Position numbers and translations under genes: made by a program. Of a DNA stretch of 64,000 nucleotides, positions 1 through 21,327 are shown one piece after another (the first letter of the stretch is position 1; each line of letters opens with the position of its first letter). Below the pieces are notes generated by a model that saw only the letters and a program-made list of their open reading frames with translations, made no database searches and had not been told where the DNA came from. Origin of the DNA: the human T2T-CHM13v2.0 reference genome, Homo sapiens. The stretch lies in assembly GCF_009914755.1 (NCBI RefSeq), contig NC_060941.1; one strand, written 5' to 3'.

Positions 1-87
1 GCTTGGAGTAGGCTGATGAAGTGGAGAGAGGAAGGAGCAGGTGAACTTGTGACATTTAGAGGTAAAACTGACAGAACATGGCGTTTT

Positions 88-780
<693 letters not shown>

Positions 781-811
781 TAGTATTGGATTGAATTTGC
801 AGGTGTTTTCA

Positions 812-1790
<979 letters not shown>

Positions 1791-2535
1791 TCTGGAAGGG
1801 AAACAGAGACAGAAGTCAAGGTATAGCATGAGAGACTTGGAAAAGTCCTAGCAGTAGAAATGGGGTCCAAGAAGTCCTTGGTTAGTAAGCCTTAGCAATT
1901 CAGCCTTCCACTGGGTTCCTCTGTTGCCTCCTTGCCATCATCGTTTACATACATGTGAATATTTAGTGAGTCTGCAGCAAGCAGGCTACTCAGTTCACAC
2001 TGGAACATTTGCATTGATGGGGAAGCGCAGGGTAGCCCAATCAAATTCCAGACATGTATATTTGAAATTCTTCTTTATTTTGGATTGAAAATCAGCTTTC
2101 TCTCACTTTACCCACTGATTCTAGTGCTGCTCCCTTGAGCAACAGATAAACACAGATAAAATCTTTCATATGACAGTTTTTCAAACATGTGAAGCCAGGT
2201 ATCATGTTTACCCTTTGTTGTTTCCATCATAATATGCATACCTTGAATTCCAGGTTTTTTTCAGGCCATTTAGTCTGTTAAACTAGTTCATGCTAAACAA
2301 AACAGAAACAAACAAAAAAAAACCCTACTAAGTAATGAGTTAATCCAAAGGAATTAATCTCTCTGTGGGGAGATCACTAGGCAGATAGGTGGAATTTCCT
2401 TACCTGAAGACATCCTCTCTCATACCTTGGCCTACGGAAATTCTACCTACCTTTGAAGCTCAAGCACTATTTTTCCATGATACATTGGGTGGTGCCCTTA
2501 AGCCATGTAACCAAGCCTCAACTAAAGGACTTGTC

Positions 2536-3051
<516 letters not shown>

Positions 3052-3189
3052 TTAAGTGCCTTTGCCTCAGTTCTCACTCTGTCTTTCTCCTTATCTTGCC
3101 ACTTTGTCCCATAGTGAGGCAAGCCATACTCCAACGCCTGAGTGGAGGCAATCAGGTTTTTCTGGAGTTTGGTAGTGAAATGGTGGACC

Positions 3190-3559
3190 TGCCAGTTGCA
3201 GTGGTGCGTACCTGTAATCCCAGCACTTTGGGAGGCCAAGGTGGGTGGATTGCTTGAGCCCAGGAGTTCGAAACCAGCCCAGGCAACATGGCAAAACCCC
3301 ATCTCTCTGTCACCCAGGCTGGAGTGCAGTGGTGCCATCATGGCTCACTGCAGCCTCAACCACCGATCCTCGCCTCAGCCTCCCAAATAGCTGGGACCAC
3401 AGGTGCTTGCCACCATACCTGGCTAATTTGTTTTTTGTAGAGATGAGTTCTCACTATGTTGCCCAGCCTGGTCTTGAATTCCTGGTCTCAAGCAATCCTT
3501 CTACACCTCAGCTTCCCAAAGTGCTGAGATTATAGGTATGAGCCACCATGCCCAGCCCA
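3190..3559. mobile_element. Fused inverted Alu pieces (+ left arm joined to a minus-strand Alu)
   Basis: Orientation switches at ~3307 (catctct|ctgtcacccagg). Confidence 0.9.
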
Positions 3560-6500
3560 GGATGTTCTTAGGCTAGAGATATGAGGAAGTGTATGAAGGG
3601 AGGGATAAAGACAGCTGAAAAGGAGGGGTTAAAGGTGATGAAGAGGAGACCATGGGGGAGCTGACTCCTGCTGGAGATGAATCGAGTCCAGGTAGAGGGT
3701 TTATAATACTTTTGCAAGGAAGAGAGGAGCCCTCTCTGCCTCTGAGAGACATGGAGGGAAAATTCAGGCAGAGGACAAGAAAGAATGTTGAAAGGATGAG
3801 GGTAGATTATAGCGACAACTGGGCAGTAAACAGAGAGCAGTGCTCAGGACCAGCTTCCAGTCCTAGTACCGATTTGAAAGGGTAGAAGCCAGGACTGTAG
3901 AGGTAGTGACCATACACTTGGAAACAAAATGGTTAGCTTCTTTCATCTTCAAAGGTTTTTTTTCCCTCCTTGCTATAAGTTCTATGATGCTACATGAGAT
4001 CAGAAACTTTGATGGTGGTAGCAGCTCCAAAATAAAATGGGAATTTTGAAAGTTGAAACATAGAAGATGTTCTTAGGGTCTTATGGAAATTCTACCCACT
4101 ACTGTGTTCTACAGAGTGTGGTCCACTGTGAGCATATTGGTAAATATTAGTTAAGATTTTCTATTGAGAAAGAAAAAAGTTTGATTTCTCTCCCCATCTC
4201 ATCTGTCCCTGAAGAGAGAAAAGAGTTTAGGAAATAGTTAGTGGCCAAAAAAGCTATCTCTTTATACTTGCAGTGACCTGCACATTAACACTGACCCAAA
4301 GCCCTAGAACTCCCTGCGGAGACAACTTCCTGACTGCATCAGCTTCCTGATTAGGGTTCTGCTATGAGAAGGGCTAGAATCTGAGAGCCTGTCGTTCAGC
4401 TTTAAGTCAGAGTACAAAGCAAAAGAACCTACCATATCCGAGGGTGAGAGTGTATCTTTGACTCTGCTTCTTTGGGTTAAGGAGGCTGGTAGAGAGCTAG
4501 CACGCACTGGGTGGAATGAGGATAGCTGGCAGCTTAAACCCCGCTTTTCTCCTTCTGTGTAAAATACCTTCATGGGAAACTGTGGGCCTCTCTCTGAACA
4601 GTGGAACTGCTACTGTGCTCCTTTGCTTCAGCTGGTGGCACAGGTGGCGCAGTGAGGCTAGAGCAAGTTCAGGCTGGAATACCAGGGAAAGGTGTCCCAA
4701 GAAAGCCTGTGACCCCTGCCTATGCAGCCTTCTGAGACCTACGGAATGAGCTGTTTTGCATAGCTCTGTGCTTTGGGCTGTCTGGCTCATTGCTATCACT
4801 GCTGGTAAATACGTAGTTTTATGGTCCAGTATCCTATCCTGTTTAGCTCCCTGTCTCACTTGCTCTCAACTGTTGTGTATCTCATTGGCTCCCAATTTCT
4901 GAAATGAAGATTAAAAACAAAACTGAAAATGCCCTGGAGCAGTTCTGCCAACTCCTGGTTTTTCCATTCGGTTCCTCTGATAGCCACTGGTTTGGGGAGA
5001 CTTCCTTTTCCTGCTCCAGCCTGTGGGCCTGTGCACAATAGCCGCTGGCACATAGCCCATCAGATAACAAGGCTGGCTCTCTGCAGGCACAGTGTGGATT
5101 GGAAAAAGTGAAAGTTTCTGGCTGGAAATAAAAGCTCAGAAAACCTTTGCTATTTTTCCCCCCAGACCCTCCTGGGTCTGTAGTGCTGGCCTCCTGTGAG
5201 CTAGTCCCATCCCACCTGTAAAACCAGGGGAGAGTTCAGTGCAGCTGATGAAGGAGGGGACAGGTGTCAGGGGGACCATGGATATTTTATCCCAGGGAAG
5301 TCTCACCCCAGACACTCCATGTAACAGATTGAGGGCATTTCATCCTGCCTAGGCATAGTTTGGACCAGTGTCTGAGGTTTCATAAATAAGAGTTTTTCTT
5401 TCTCTCCAATCAGTCCCTTACAAGAGACATTTTTATTTGTTCTAGGTAAAATGTATAATACAGCTCCAGAGTGTGTTGGTCAGAGTTCAGTTGTGCAGAG
5501 GAGAACCCACTGTAGCTAGTTTCAGGAAGAAGAGGTTCCATAAACCAGAGGTGCACATTGTGGATTATGGAATCAATGAGGGAAGAAAGAGAAGCAGCCT
5601 CTAGGTTAAGACACACCACAGAGCGTCCTCCCTCTTCTGTAATCAGGAAGCCACCGGTCCAGAAGTCCAGTGCCCCTCAGGTCTGGTCCACACCTGTCAA
5701 CATCGGCAAAGCTGGAGACCAGGTGTGGGGCCTCTGCTAACACTGTGGCAGAAAAACCAAAGGCTTCTGTGACTGCTCAGGAACAGCAGGAAGCCTGTTA
5801 ATCTCATAGAAGTGCATGTGATTAGCTGAATCTAAAGAAAGTCTTAGAAATACAGCTTTTAGCCAGTTAGCTTCTCAAGTACAGGAAGGCACAGTAGAAG
5901 GGTGGAATCCATCTTACGCCTACCCCATATATCTGCCACATAGAGTGAAGGGTACAAATGGGATTCTACGGAGTTCCTACTGTGAGATGGGGTTATGCGG
6001 ATATGTACCTGTGCCAGCACATTTATAACTTCCGAAAGAAATTATGAGGTAGATAGTTCTCCCCATTTTTGCAGTTGAGGAAATTGAGGTGAGAGCTTAG
6101 ATCATTTAGCTAATGAGTGGCAAAGCCTGATCTGAACCCACGTATATCTAATTTCAAAGCTTAGTCTTTTCTCCGTGCACCTCACTTACCTCCTTAGAGT
6201 TGCTTCTGCTGCTGACAAATGTTGCTGACATGTGGATTGAATTGCCATAGAACTTGTGGACTACCAAGATGTCATCCAAAGCTAAAAGTAGGAAGCAGGC
6301 AGTAGGCTAATTTTTATAAGCAAAGGGTTAAATAGTGCTCTCTCTGTGTTTTGTGACATGATAAGACTTAGGAAAACCATCCTTTTTTTACAGTTGCACT
6401 GGAATTTTGTGTTACAGTAGCAAGGGAAACAGCCAGGTACATGGGTCTGTGAGGTCTGGGTCACTGGAAAGTGGAGTAGTTCCCTTGGTCCAGATTTCCC

Positions 6501-6629
6501 CTAAACCTCCATCTTGTCTTTGCCTACAAACCCTCTGTTGGCCAAGCGGCATTTTGTATTCCTGGCCTCTGACTCCCAAATGACCATGGAGAAAACAACT
6601 CTGAATTTGAGCTGCATGAAACATGCCAC

Positions 6630-8950
<2,321 letters not shown>

Positions 8951-9979
8951 AATAGAATGAGTCAGGTACTTCCCTAGGTCTCCAGCTACCAAACTTGGTC
9001 TCTCTTGCTTCCTTAGCCATTTCCACAGAGCATCTTGCCTGCAGTTCCATTTCAGAAAACCTAGTGCTACAGCCCCTGAACTAGACTGGAGAAACCAGCC
9101 AGCAAGGAAAGTAACCTGCATTGTTGAGGGATGGTACTACTCTATTCCTGGTGTCTGGGAATTGCTGGGTCGTGGGAGAGAGGTAAGGGGTGGTAGATAA
9201 GGGAATGGAGGGCTCTTGTGTCTCTGGTTTTCTAAACAACAGGATAAATTTGTTCCCTTCAGAACAGGAAAAGGGTTCAGGATAAGAGTCTTACGTTTAA
9301 GTTTTGAAGCTACAAGAAATATTTGTGTGGGTATAGTTAAAGCTTTTTTTAAACCTTCTGAAAATTGGCTCTTCTGGTTTGGTGAGCTTAGGAAGGAAAA
9401 AAGATGCAAACTTTTGGCCTCATTTTTGTCTTCTCTGATCATGGAAAGCAACACAGCCAGTCAGAAAAAGCTCTTGGGCTAGGAGGAAGGAGGACCTGAT
9501 TTCTCGGACTCAAAATCCCTTATGGCAGAAAAACATTGCTCAGTGACTTACAAAGTGTGTCATTTGTAAGACTGCACACCTCTGTCATTCACTAACATTA
9601 GGATGATAAACCATTTCATCTTACAAGCTGATGTGGTGAAAGTACCTGTTAATTGGTTTTATAGTCTCTTATCTGTAAAACATAAATAATTGTTTTTGGG
9701 TGTTTTGGGTTTTTTTTTTTTTTAAGATTTAAGTTCCTTGAGTCTCCGTCTCCTCCTCTGTTAAGTAAAGCAAATGCTTACCTCTCAGGATTGTTGAAAG
9801 GATTAAGTGAAGTAACAAATGTAAAAATACCTTGTGGAATGATTGCCACTTAGCAGCCACTCAAAAAATATTTGCCAAACCTCTGTTGTAGAGATGTTGA
9901 AAATCAAATGAGGTTAATTACTGTGAATGTGTAACAAAAAGTAAAGCACCACATAAATGCAAGATAATATCATTACTCA

Positions 9980-10036
9980 GACCAACCTGAGCAACATAGT
10001 GAGACCCTGTCTCAATTTAAAAAAAAAAAAAAAAAA
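9980..10036 (+). mobile_element. Severely 5'-truncated Alu-monomer insertion with A-tail
   Basis: 15-bp TSD taatatcattactca at 9965-9979 and 10039-10053. Confidence 0.88.
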
Positions 10037-10649
10037 GGTAATATCATTACTCATAAGCCAGGAAGTGTGGGAGTGGGTAGGAATGGAGAAGCCTGCCTTT
10101 TGATCCTGGCCAGACCATCACGAAGGCCTTTTTACCTGATACAAGTAGAGAACAAATAAGGGGAGACACTGGCTGGGGGAACAGGGCAACAGAGAGAGAT
10201 GCACAGGTATATTCAGTTACCTTTCCCTGGTCCCCACCCTCAAAATACTGCTTGGACCCAAAACTAAAGAGGACTAAGCTGATGTATTGAGCTGATGGGA
10301 GGAAATGGCATTAGTGCTCTAGAGGAAGAGAGAAGGTGACATTATGAAGGAGTAATTATATATAAGAATTTTTTTAAAAGCTAGTCTGATTGCCAGCTAA
10401 AATGGTCTCCTAGGGGTTATTCTGGTTTCTGTTTTGTGTCAAGGTTTTTTTGGTCGGATATGCCGTAGTGCCTGCTCCATCTCTGGAGTTTGTTTCCTAT
10501 TAGGAAGGGACTTTGTTTGCCTGAGGGAGCTGGCACATGCTGGACGTTGGTGCCATGACCCATCTGAGTCACATTCCTGACCTCTAGGGCCTAATAGTTG
10601 GCCCCATGCCTGCTCCTCTTGGGCCACACACCCTGGGCTCTGTTGTTGA

Positions 10650-10874
<225 letters not shown>

Positions 10875-11275
10875 TAGTAGTCACAGTGCAGAACTGAGGG
10901 ACATGAACCCCATTTGAAAGCTCTTTTATAAACCAGGCCTGCCCAAATATGGATTGTCCCTTTTTAAGGGCCAAATAACAATTTCTGCCAAAGATGGGAT
11001 CTAAAGGATCTAAACTACATAGTTTCCTTGTTGTTGGGTGAGGATTTAACAGATTTTTCTTCATCGTGGTCCTCTCATTGTTCCTACAGGCAGGCACCAC
11101 CACGCCCAGCTCATTTCAGTAGTGTTTTAACATACGACTGGTTCTAAAGTGACAGGTTATGTTTTTCATTGGATATATTTTAGTTTTGCTGTTTCTTGAT
11201 GAAAGGTAAGGAGTAAACCATATCAAAATTACACTGTAGGATTGGTTAGGCTGATCATTTATGATGGTAGACAGT

Positions 11276-11837
11276 TGTATTAGTTATCTATTGCTCCATA
11301 ACAAATTACCACAAACCTAGAGGCTTAAAACAATATACATTTATCATTTTCCAGTTTCCCTGGGTGAGGAGTCCAGGCATGACTCAAATGGGTCCTCTGC
11401 TGAGGGTCACACAAGACTGCGATCAAGGTGTCAGCCAGGCTGCCTGCCTTTCTTGAGTTTGAGGCTCTTTTCTAAGCTCAGATGGTTGTTGCCAGAATTC
11501 AGTTTTTTGTGGCTGTAGGACTGTGGTTCCTCTTTTCTTCTGAATGTCACCCAAGGGCTTCTCTGAGTTCCCTTCCTAGAGGCCACCTGCAGTTCCTTGC
11601 CATGGGGCCCTCTCACAACATGGCAGCTTCTTCAAAGCCAGCAGGAGAATCTTTTGCTCCAATCTGCAAAGATGGAGTCATAAAACATCACATAATCATA
11701 GGAATGAATATTCTATCCTCTTTGCCATAGTCTATTGGCTAGACTCACGTCACAGGTTCTACTTGCACTAAAGGGAAAGGCAGTTCATTGGGACTAATTG
11801 GAAGAGGGAGCAATCACCTTAGGGTGTGTCTACCACA
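11276..11837 (-). mobile_element. MLT1-family (ERVL-MaLR) solo LTR
   Basis: tgtattagtt...ataacaaattaccacaaac...ggcttaaaacaa at one end, ctaccaca at the other. Confidence 0.85.
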
Positions 11838-12741
11838 GTGGCTCAGCCATTTTAGTGGCTAGCTTTTAAATTGGTGGCTTACTTGATGCAAATGGCAATT
11901 TGGCTTAGTGAACTCACCAAGCATGAGATCTCTAGCTTCATTCTGGTCTTTTCAATAAACTTGCTTTGATGTAAAAGAAAAGGCTGCTCTTACACTTTCT
12001 GGGCTTGGCCTGAGAAGGGGAAATTTCTTAAGGGGAAAATGTCCAACAGAAGGGCCTGTGCTGTCACATGGGAGATCTTATAAAAAGCTGATTCTTGTAA
12101 CTTTTCTTTCATTATTCAAACTATGTAGGCTATGAGAAGCCCTTTGTACTCTTCTTCCTTCTATACTCCTGCCTTCCAGATAAATTCATGTTTGGAGTAG
12201 TGACCTGGAGTGCCATTAGCTGCAGATTTCCTTTTTGGGCATTTTACTGACCATCCTTTCTGGTTTCTCTAACCAGGGCACTTCTGGACATCAGCTGTTC
12301 TAGGGGTGACTTGGGTGTAAAATCCCAGAGATTGCAGATGAGCTTGATTGCCCTCAGTCTATGTCCCTCGCCATGGTCCTATACTCTGCCCCCTTCACTT
12401 TTTTACTTTGCCTGCATGGCCCTGGAAGGCCTGGGAGGATTTGACTCCCGTGAGGACAGACTTTTAGAAAGAGGCCAAGGAAGGCAGTGGTTGGGGATTG
12501 CCAAGGTCCTCCCCCAGCGCCTGCCTCTTTAGCTGAAGAGAATTGCTCCTGGTAACAGGCCATTTGAGATCAATCTGCTTAACAGGAACGAACACTGCAT
12601 AGTATGTAATAAAAGAATATTCCAGTGTGACTTTACTGAAAAGTGAAAATATGATAAGTTTTGTTTTTTCTTTAATCAGGTTTAAGCAATAATTGCATCT
12701 ATTTACTAATTTTTAGAATGAGCAAAGCATGATTCATGTTA

Positions 12742-13065
<324 letters not shown>

Positions 13066-14408
13066 TGCTAGCACAATGTAACGTCCTTCACTCCCTGCTT
13101 GACTTCTAACCATAAAGAACGTCATTTTTTACAAGAGCGTTCACAGGACTCAGCAGTTTTCCCCAAGGCCTCTTGTGAATCTTTGGTATTCTTCCTCCAC
13201 CACACCTGCCATGTTATTTATTTGTCCATTTTGTCTTTTTCTGTTAACTAGTCTAAATTTGCCAAATATGCATCTGATGGATTTAAAGCAATTCTCTCCG
13301 ATGTTGGTTTCATCCACTTTGGCTATCCTATATCCTTAGCAACATTTGCAGTTTTACTTTGCAATTAATTTGCCTTGATTGGCAGATTTTAAAAAATCAT
13401 GTGTGACAACATGACTTAAAGCATTTGAAATTATGGGTGGGGATGGACCCTGGTATTAAATGGGAAAAAATATTTGAGTTGGAAACTAATTTTATGGAGG
13501 TCGTTAGTGAATTTTCATAATTCTGATACTTTGTTTCCCTATGTAATTTTTTAAAATTAATTAAAAAAATATTTAAACAGAAACAAGGTCTCACTATGTT
13601 GCCCAGGCTGGTCTTGAACTCCTGAGTGCAAGTGATCCTTCCCTCTCGGCTCCCAAAGTGCTAGGATTACAGGCATGAGCCACCAAGTCTGTCCCCTATG
13701 TAATGTTTAATGTTGGAGCTCGGATAATGAATATTCTGAAATTGAAGACCCCACCCCAACTTTTGTGCAGAGAAAATGAAAGGGAGGACCTTCAGGACAT
13801 TGATTGGAGAAAAAGGGATTCCAAAGGCCTTTTGTTGCTGCATTTGACCAGGGGCCAGAGAAATATTTTATTATATTTAGATATCTATTACCTCTGCATT
13901 GGACCAGGAACTGGGACATTTTTGTTCTGGTATCAGCTGTGCACTAACTAGTTTTATGACTTTAGACAAGTCTCCTAACCTTTCTAGGCCTGTAGTGCTC
14001 ATCTGTGAAATGAGGCAATCCTTGTCTTTGTAAATTATAAATTATGGAGTGTAAACAGAAGCATTAAGGTCCCACCCGAACTCACTGGAAGGCTCAGCAG
14101 GGTAGTACCATCTCCAGCGCCAGGCTCCAGTGTTAATGAGCCAAGAACATGCCAACAAGAAAAGCAGAGCCTCTGCTTTGCTCTCCTGCCAGAGCTCCTT
14201 GGGATGCCAGCCAAGCATTTTTCTCCCTCCTGGAAACTTGCCTTTCAAACTAAGGGGGAGGATGGTACCTTTCTAACTATTCTTCCCATTGCATGGGGAG
14301 AAAAAGGACACTTTCATGTTTTGACAAAAAGGCCCATTTGCTGGCCCTTGCCATAAAGCCTGGGTCACTGGGGGGAATTGGGGCTGGGGGTGTGGCTTCA
14401 TTGTTTGA

Positions 14409-14528
<120 letters not shown>

Positions 14529-15848
14529 TAGGCATTTTTGGAATTGATGGGTTGAGGAAGAAGAGTTAGCTCTGCAGGCCCAGGGTTAAAACATCATGCT
14601 TCTAGGAAAAGCCTTCTCCTTAATTTCCCCAACACCACGAGAATGTTATGATGGCATAATTAAATGAATGTAATAATAGCTCATAAAATAGCAGCTCATT
14701 TATTAAGTACTTGCTTTGTTGTTCTAAGTGCTTTACATGTTTTGACTTTCCGTATAATATATGCCGCTCTCGTACTTTTGGCCTCACTGCTGTGATCTGA
14801 ACTGAGAAGGAGTGGACTGTCAGTGTTTTAGGGGGAGAACTGAATTCTCATCCATTGCTTTACCATCATTTTTTATTCCAAGTGTTTTTGGTGGAGTAAG
14901 AAACTGAAACCCAAAAACAGAATATCCAGAATGCCTAGTGTACCATGCCACCTGCTTGGTGTATATCTTCTTCTTACACTTTGGGAGGAAACAAGTGGTG
15001 TCCTTTACATACCAAATCGCAAGGGTATGTTTGGAGAGGCCTTGGCATTGATCTTGCCACTCCCTCGCCTCTGCCTCCTTATGCCCAAGAACACTTTTGA
15101 TCACGTCTGTCTGGGCTTAGGACTGTGGTCAGAGGCTATGGAAAAGGTTTGGGGATTTTTTTACTTTGTGTAACTGATTAATTGTTCATTTGGGTAGTGA
15201 TATTATGACTATGGCTAAATTTGCATTGTCTTGCCTAATAGACCTGAGCACTGATGAGCACTGTCTTCCCTTTAGATATCATAGAATACAGTCATGGTTA
15301 CTTGGTTTCCAATGTGTAGCCTTGTTTGGGGCTTGCTTTCCAACCAGGGGAGTAAGAAGGCACAGGCAAGAGTGCCAGGGCTTGCTGTCATAGACTGAGG
15401 GCTCTGCCAAGACAGGGATTGACTCTGGCTTTGGATTATCTCCTAAGCTTTGGAGGGGAAAGGGGAGAGAAGAGGACTACAGAAGGTCTAGTAGTTGGGA
15501 AATGAGGGGGCAGCCCCCTTGTGCCACTGCCTTGAGAGTTTCAAACCTGTGGCCCCCGCAAAAGGCCAATAAGCACTCTTGTGTAAGGGAAAGGGCCATT
15601 CAGGTGGGTGCTGGGAAAGATAGCTAAATTTACCCGCCTCTCTATTCTTGGGTTTTTTCCTCTGTGCCTGCAGTACTTTGTTTTCTTCTCATTGTGAATG
15701 ACCTGGACTTATTTCCTTGAGGTCCAGCCTGACTTGGGCTCAGGGCTTTCATCTTCCCTTCACGGGATCTGGGAAAGGGCATGAGATCTGGAGCCAGACA
15801 AACCTAGATCCAGTCCCAGCTCCACCAAATATTAGTTGAATGGCTTCA

Positions 15849-16909
<1,061 letters not shown>

Positions 16910-17263
16910 CTAATCTGTAGGGGTGTCTGTGAAGACAGAAACAGCCTAGCTGCTCATCAAGTGGATCTGCTATTATGCTATTTTTATTATATGGTGTATT
17001 TGCTACCTCACAGCGTTCTGAGGATTAAATGAGAAAAACCTCACTTTAGAAAATAGGTAAGAAAGCAGCAACCTATCAACGATGATGCTGTGGCTGTTTT
17101 TATTACTGCCCTGGGCAAAGGATTCTCTTGGAGCTCTTTGCCTGTTACAGAGGTGGGAAGAAAGGCCAAGGAGGGAGAGGGCTGTGCAGCCAGGCTGGAG
17201 TTGGGTCAGATGGGGGAGATTTACCACTCAGGGTGCTGTCAAATTTGGGTCACAGACTAGTGA

Positions 17264-17584
<321 letters not shown>

Positions 17585-17658
17585 TAGCTCTCCTTGGGCT
17601 TGCTGCTTTGAGGTCTCAGGTGCCTTGGGGACTTGGGGGCTTAAGTGGCTCACATTGA

Positions 17659-17892
<234 letters not shown>

Positions 17893-18332
17893 TGAGGATT
17901 TGTGGCCCAGACTTGAGGCATGGGAGACAGGAAAAAAACAAAAACAAAAACAGGGAAGATAGTATTTGTAGACCAGATGCTGCCACTGGGAACTCTGACC
18001 TTGGTTGAAGCCAGTGGTGTGCTCCAGGGGCACCATCTCTCCCATGTCCTCTTCTGCCCCACAGCAGCAGGTGGCCTGGGCCCTGTAGAGGGGTAAGGAG
18101 TAGGATACAAGGAAATCAGTGCCTTCGGGTGTGGCTTGGCCTTGCAAGCAATTGGGAGCCTGTTGGCCAGCCATACACCTTCCCTTTGGCCAGATCTCCC
18201 TGAACCAGACTACTTCCTAATTTCTGCTTTTGTCCTGATTCTTGGAGTGCTTGGGACAGCAGCCTCTGTGGAATGAGTCAGGTGGGAGTGCGGACGGGAT
18301 GGGCTGGAGCTGGTATTATCTATCACTTCTGG

Positions 18333-18416
18333 CTGAGACCTGGTTTGTATATTCCGCCTTGTAGCCCGGGGTGTCTCAGACCTGGTTTGTACGTTCCGCC
18401 TCGTAGCCTGGGGTGT
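18333..18416 (+). repeat. Tandem duplication, 2 x 42 bp (37/42 identical)
   Basis: ctgagacctggtttgtatattccgccttgtagcccggggtgt followed by ctcagacctggtttgtacgttccgcctcgtagcctggggtgt. Confidence 0.95.
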
Positions 18417-18450
18417 GACTTGCTCTACTCTGGCCCTTGCACCCTTTCAG

Positions 18451-18642
18451 GCAGAAGAACATTTCCCCGAATACGGCGTCATCAAGGCAACTTGTTCACC
18501 CTGGTGCCCTCCAGCCGCTCCCTGAGCACAAATGGCGAGAACATGGGTCTGGCTGTGCAATACCTGGACCCCCGTGGGCGCCTGCGGAGTGCGGACAGCG
18601 AGAATGCCCTCTCTGTGCAGGAGAGGAATGTGCCAACCAAGT
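18451..18642 (+). CDS. MAP3K3: MAP3K3 exon 11: [16 protein letters not shown]...QERNVPTK (includes the T294 RRTFP motif)
   Basis: tttcag acceptor and gtgagg donor; 192 nt; phase 1 at both ends. Confidence 0.97.
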
Positions 18643-19010
18643 GTGAGGAGCTGTCCCTGGCTAGGAGGAGACTGCCCAGGTGGTCTCAGACAAGCTACGG
18701 GGGCAAACAGCTGGGCCCCTGGGACCCTTAGGCTCAGCAGGTGGTGGCTTTGGCCCAAATGCACCACATGGGATAAGCCTTGGAGTGTCTGAAGCCTGGC
18801 TCCACTATTGTGTGACAAGCCTCTTCTCCTCTCTGATCTTTAGTTTTTCCATGTTTAAACTAGGGAAGAGCACACCCTTCATCCCTGCCATATTAAGATA
18901 TTTAGGGGCTTTGGAAGGAAATGCATTTGATCAATGCAGAAGAGCATTTAACCATGACTTCAGCCAATCCTCTGCTTCTTAGGACTCTGACTTCAGGTCC
19001 GAGTGACTAG

Positions 19011-19388
<378 letters not shown>

Positions 19389-20008
19389 TAGTTGCCTGAG
19401 ATGCTGTAGGTTGCTTCCTCTGTCATTCTTCCCAAACTCCCTTTCTGTCCATCCTGGTCCCAGCCACAGGGTGAAAGGACTGTGGTCTGAAGAGCACCAA
19501 GCACCTGGAGGGGAGGGATTGGGTGTAAGGAACTAAGCTGATGCCAAAGTACCAAGTAACCCAAACTGAGAGGTGATGACCTGTGACACAGAGGGGACTC
19601 CCTCCCCTAGACAAGTATCTCTCCCCAGCTCTCAGCCCAGGAAGGAGCTGTGGGGCTCCTTCACTTGGTCCAGCTCTAGAGGAGGAATCATATGGCCTGT
19701 CTTTGCAGTTCAGCTTTCAACGTCGCTTATACTTCAAGTTCTGTGGACAAACAGCAGTTACCTTAACTAAGCACCCACGGCCCCTTCTCCCACCTCCCTG
19801 CCTCCTTCCACCCATGGGAGTGCCACCATCCCAAGGCCTGCCCAGCATTGTGGCCAAGAGCTAGACAGTTAAGAGAGTCCCCCTTTTCTCCAACTGCAGT
19901 TCCCAAGGCAGATCCCTGTGAGGCCACTAACTAGGGCAAGCTGAGCTGAACCCAGGCGGGCAGAACTAGGGCCCTGAGAGCTGAGGCGACCACTGACCCC
20001 TCCCCTAG

Positions 20009-20152
<144 letters not shown>

Positions 20153-20540
20153 TGAATGCATGTGAGACACACACAAAAGAGGGCCTGACCTGGGGGCTGG
20201 GGCCTGCAGGAGGGGGGTCACCTTGGATAGGAGTTTGAACACCTGAGGCTCCAGAGGCCCAGAGGAGCAAAGTGAGGTGATGGTGGGACTTGGAGTCAGG
20301 AGGGCCCTGCCTCAGGTTGCAGTGGGAGTATGAGATGACAGCTGTCCTAGGTCCAGCACTCCCCTGAGGCATGCAGGGCTGGCCCACTGTCCAGTAAATG
20401 CAGCCTTCATCTGGAGCAGAGAGGCCTCCCTGCTCCTGGATTTGGGTGGCGCTCTGCTTGAGAAGGACTTGGGGTACTCTCTTTTCCAAACTGCCTGACA
20501 GCTCCTGGCAAAATGCCCTGCCCAGCCAGATAGGAATTGA

Positions 20541-21005
<465 letters not shown>

Positions 21006-21048
21006 TAAATCCTTTGCCCTTTGCAGTTCATGTCTAATTCAGTGGTAG

Positions 21049-21327
<279 letters not shown>

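Noticed and set aside
4250-5900. Repeat-poor intronic stretch with scattered ETS/GATA-like words, possible enhancer
   Set aside because: Motif density is not distinguishable from background without chromatin or conservation data
18333-18416. CRISPR-like or miRNA-hairpin reading of the 42-bp repeat
   Set aside because: Two abutting direct copies with no spacers and no long inverted complementarity, in a human intron
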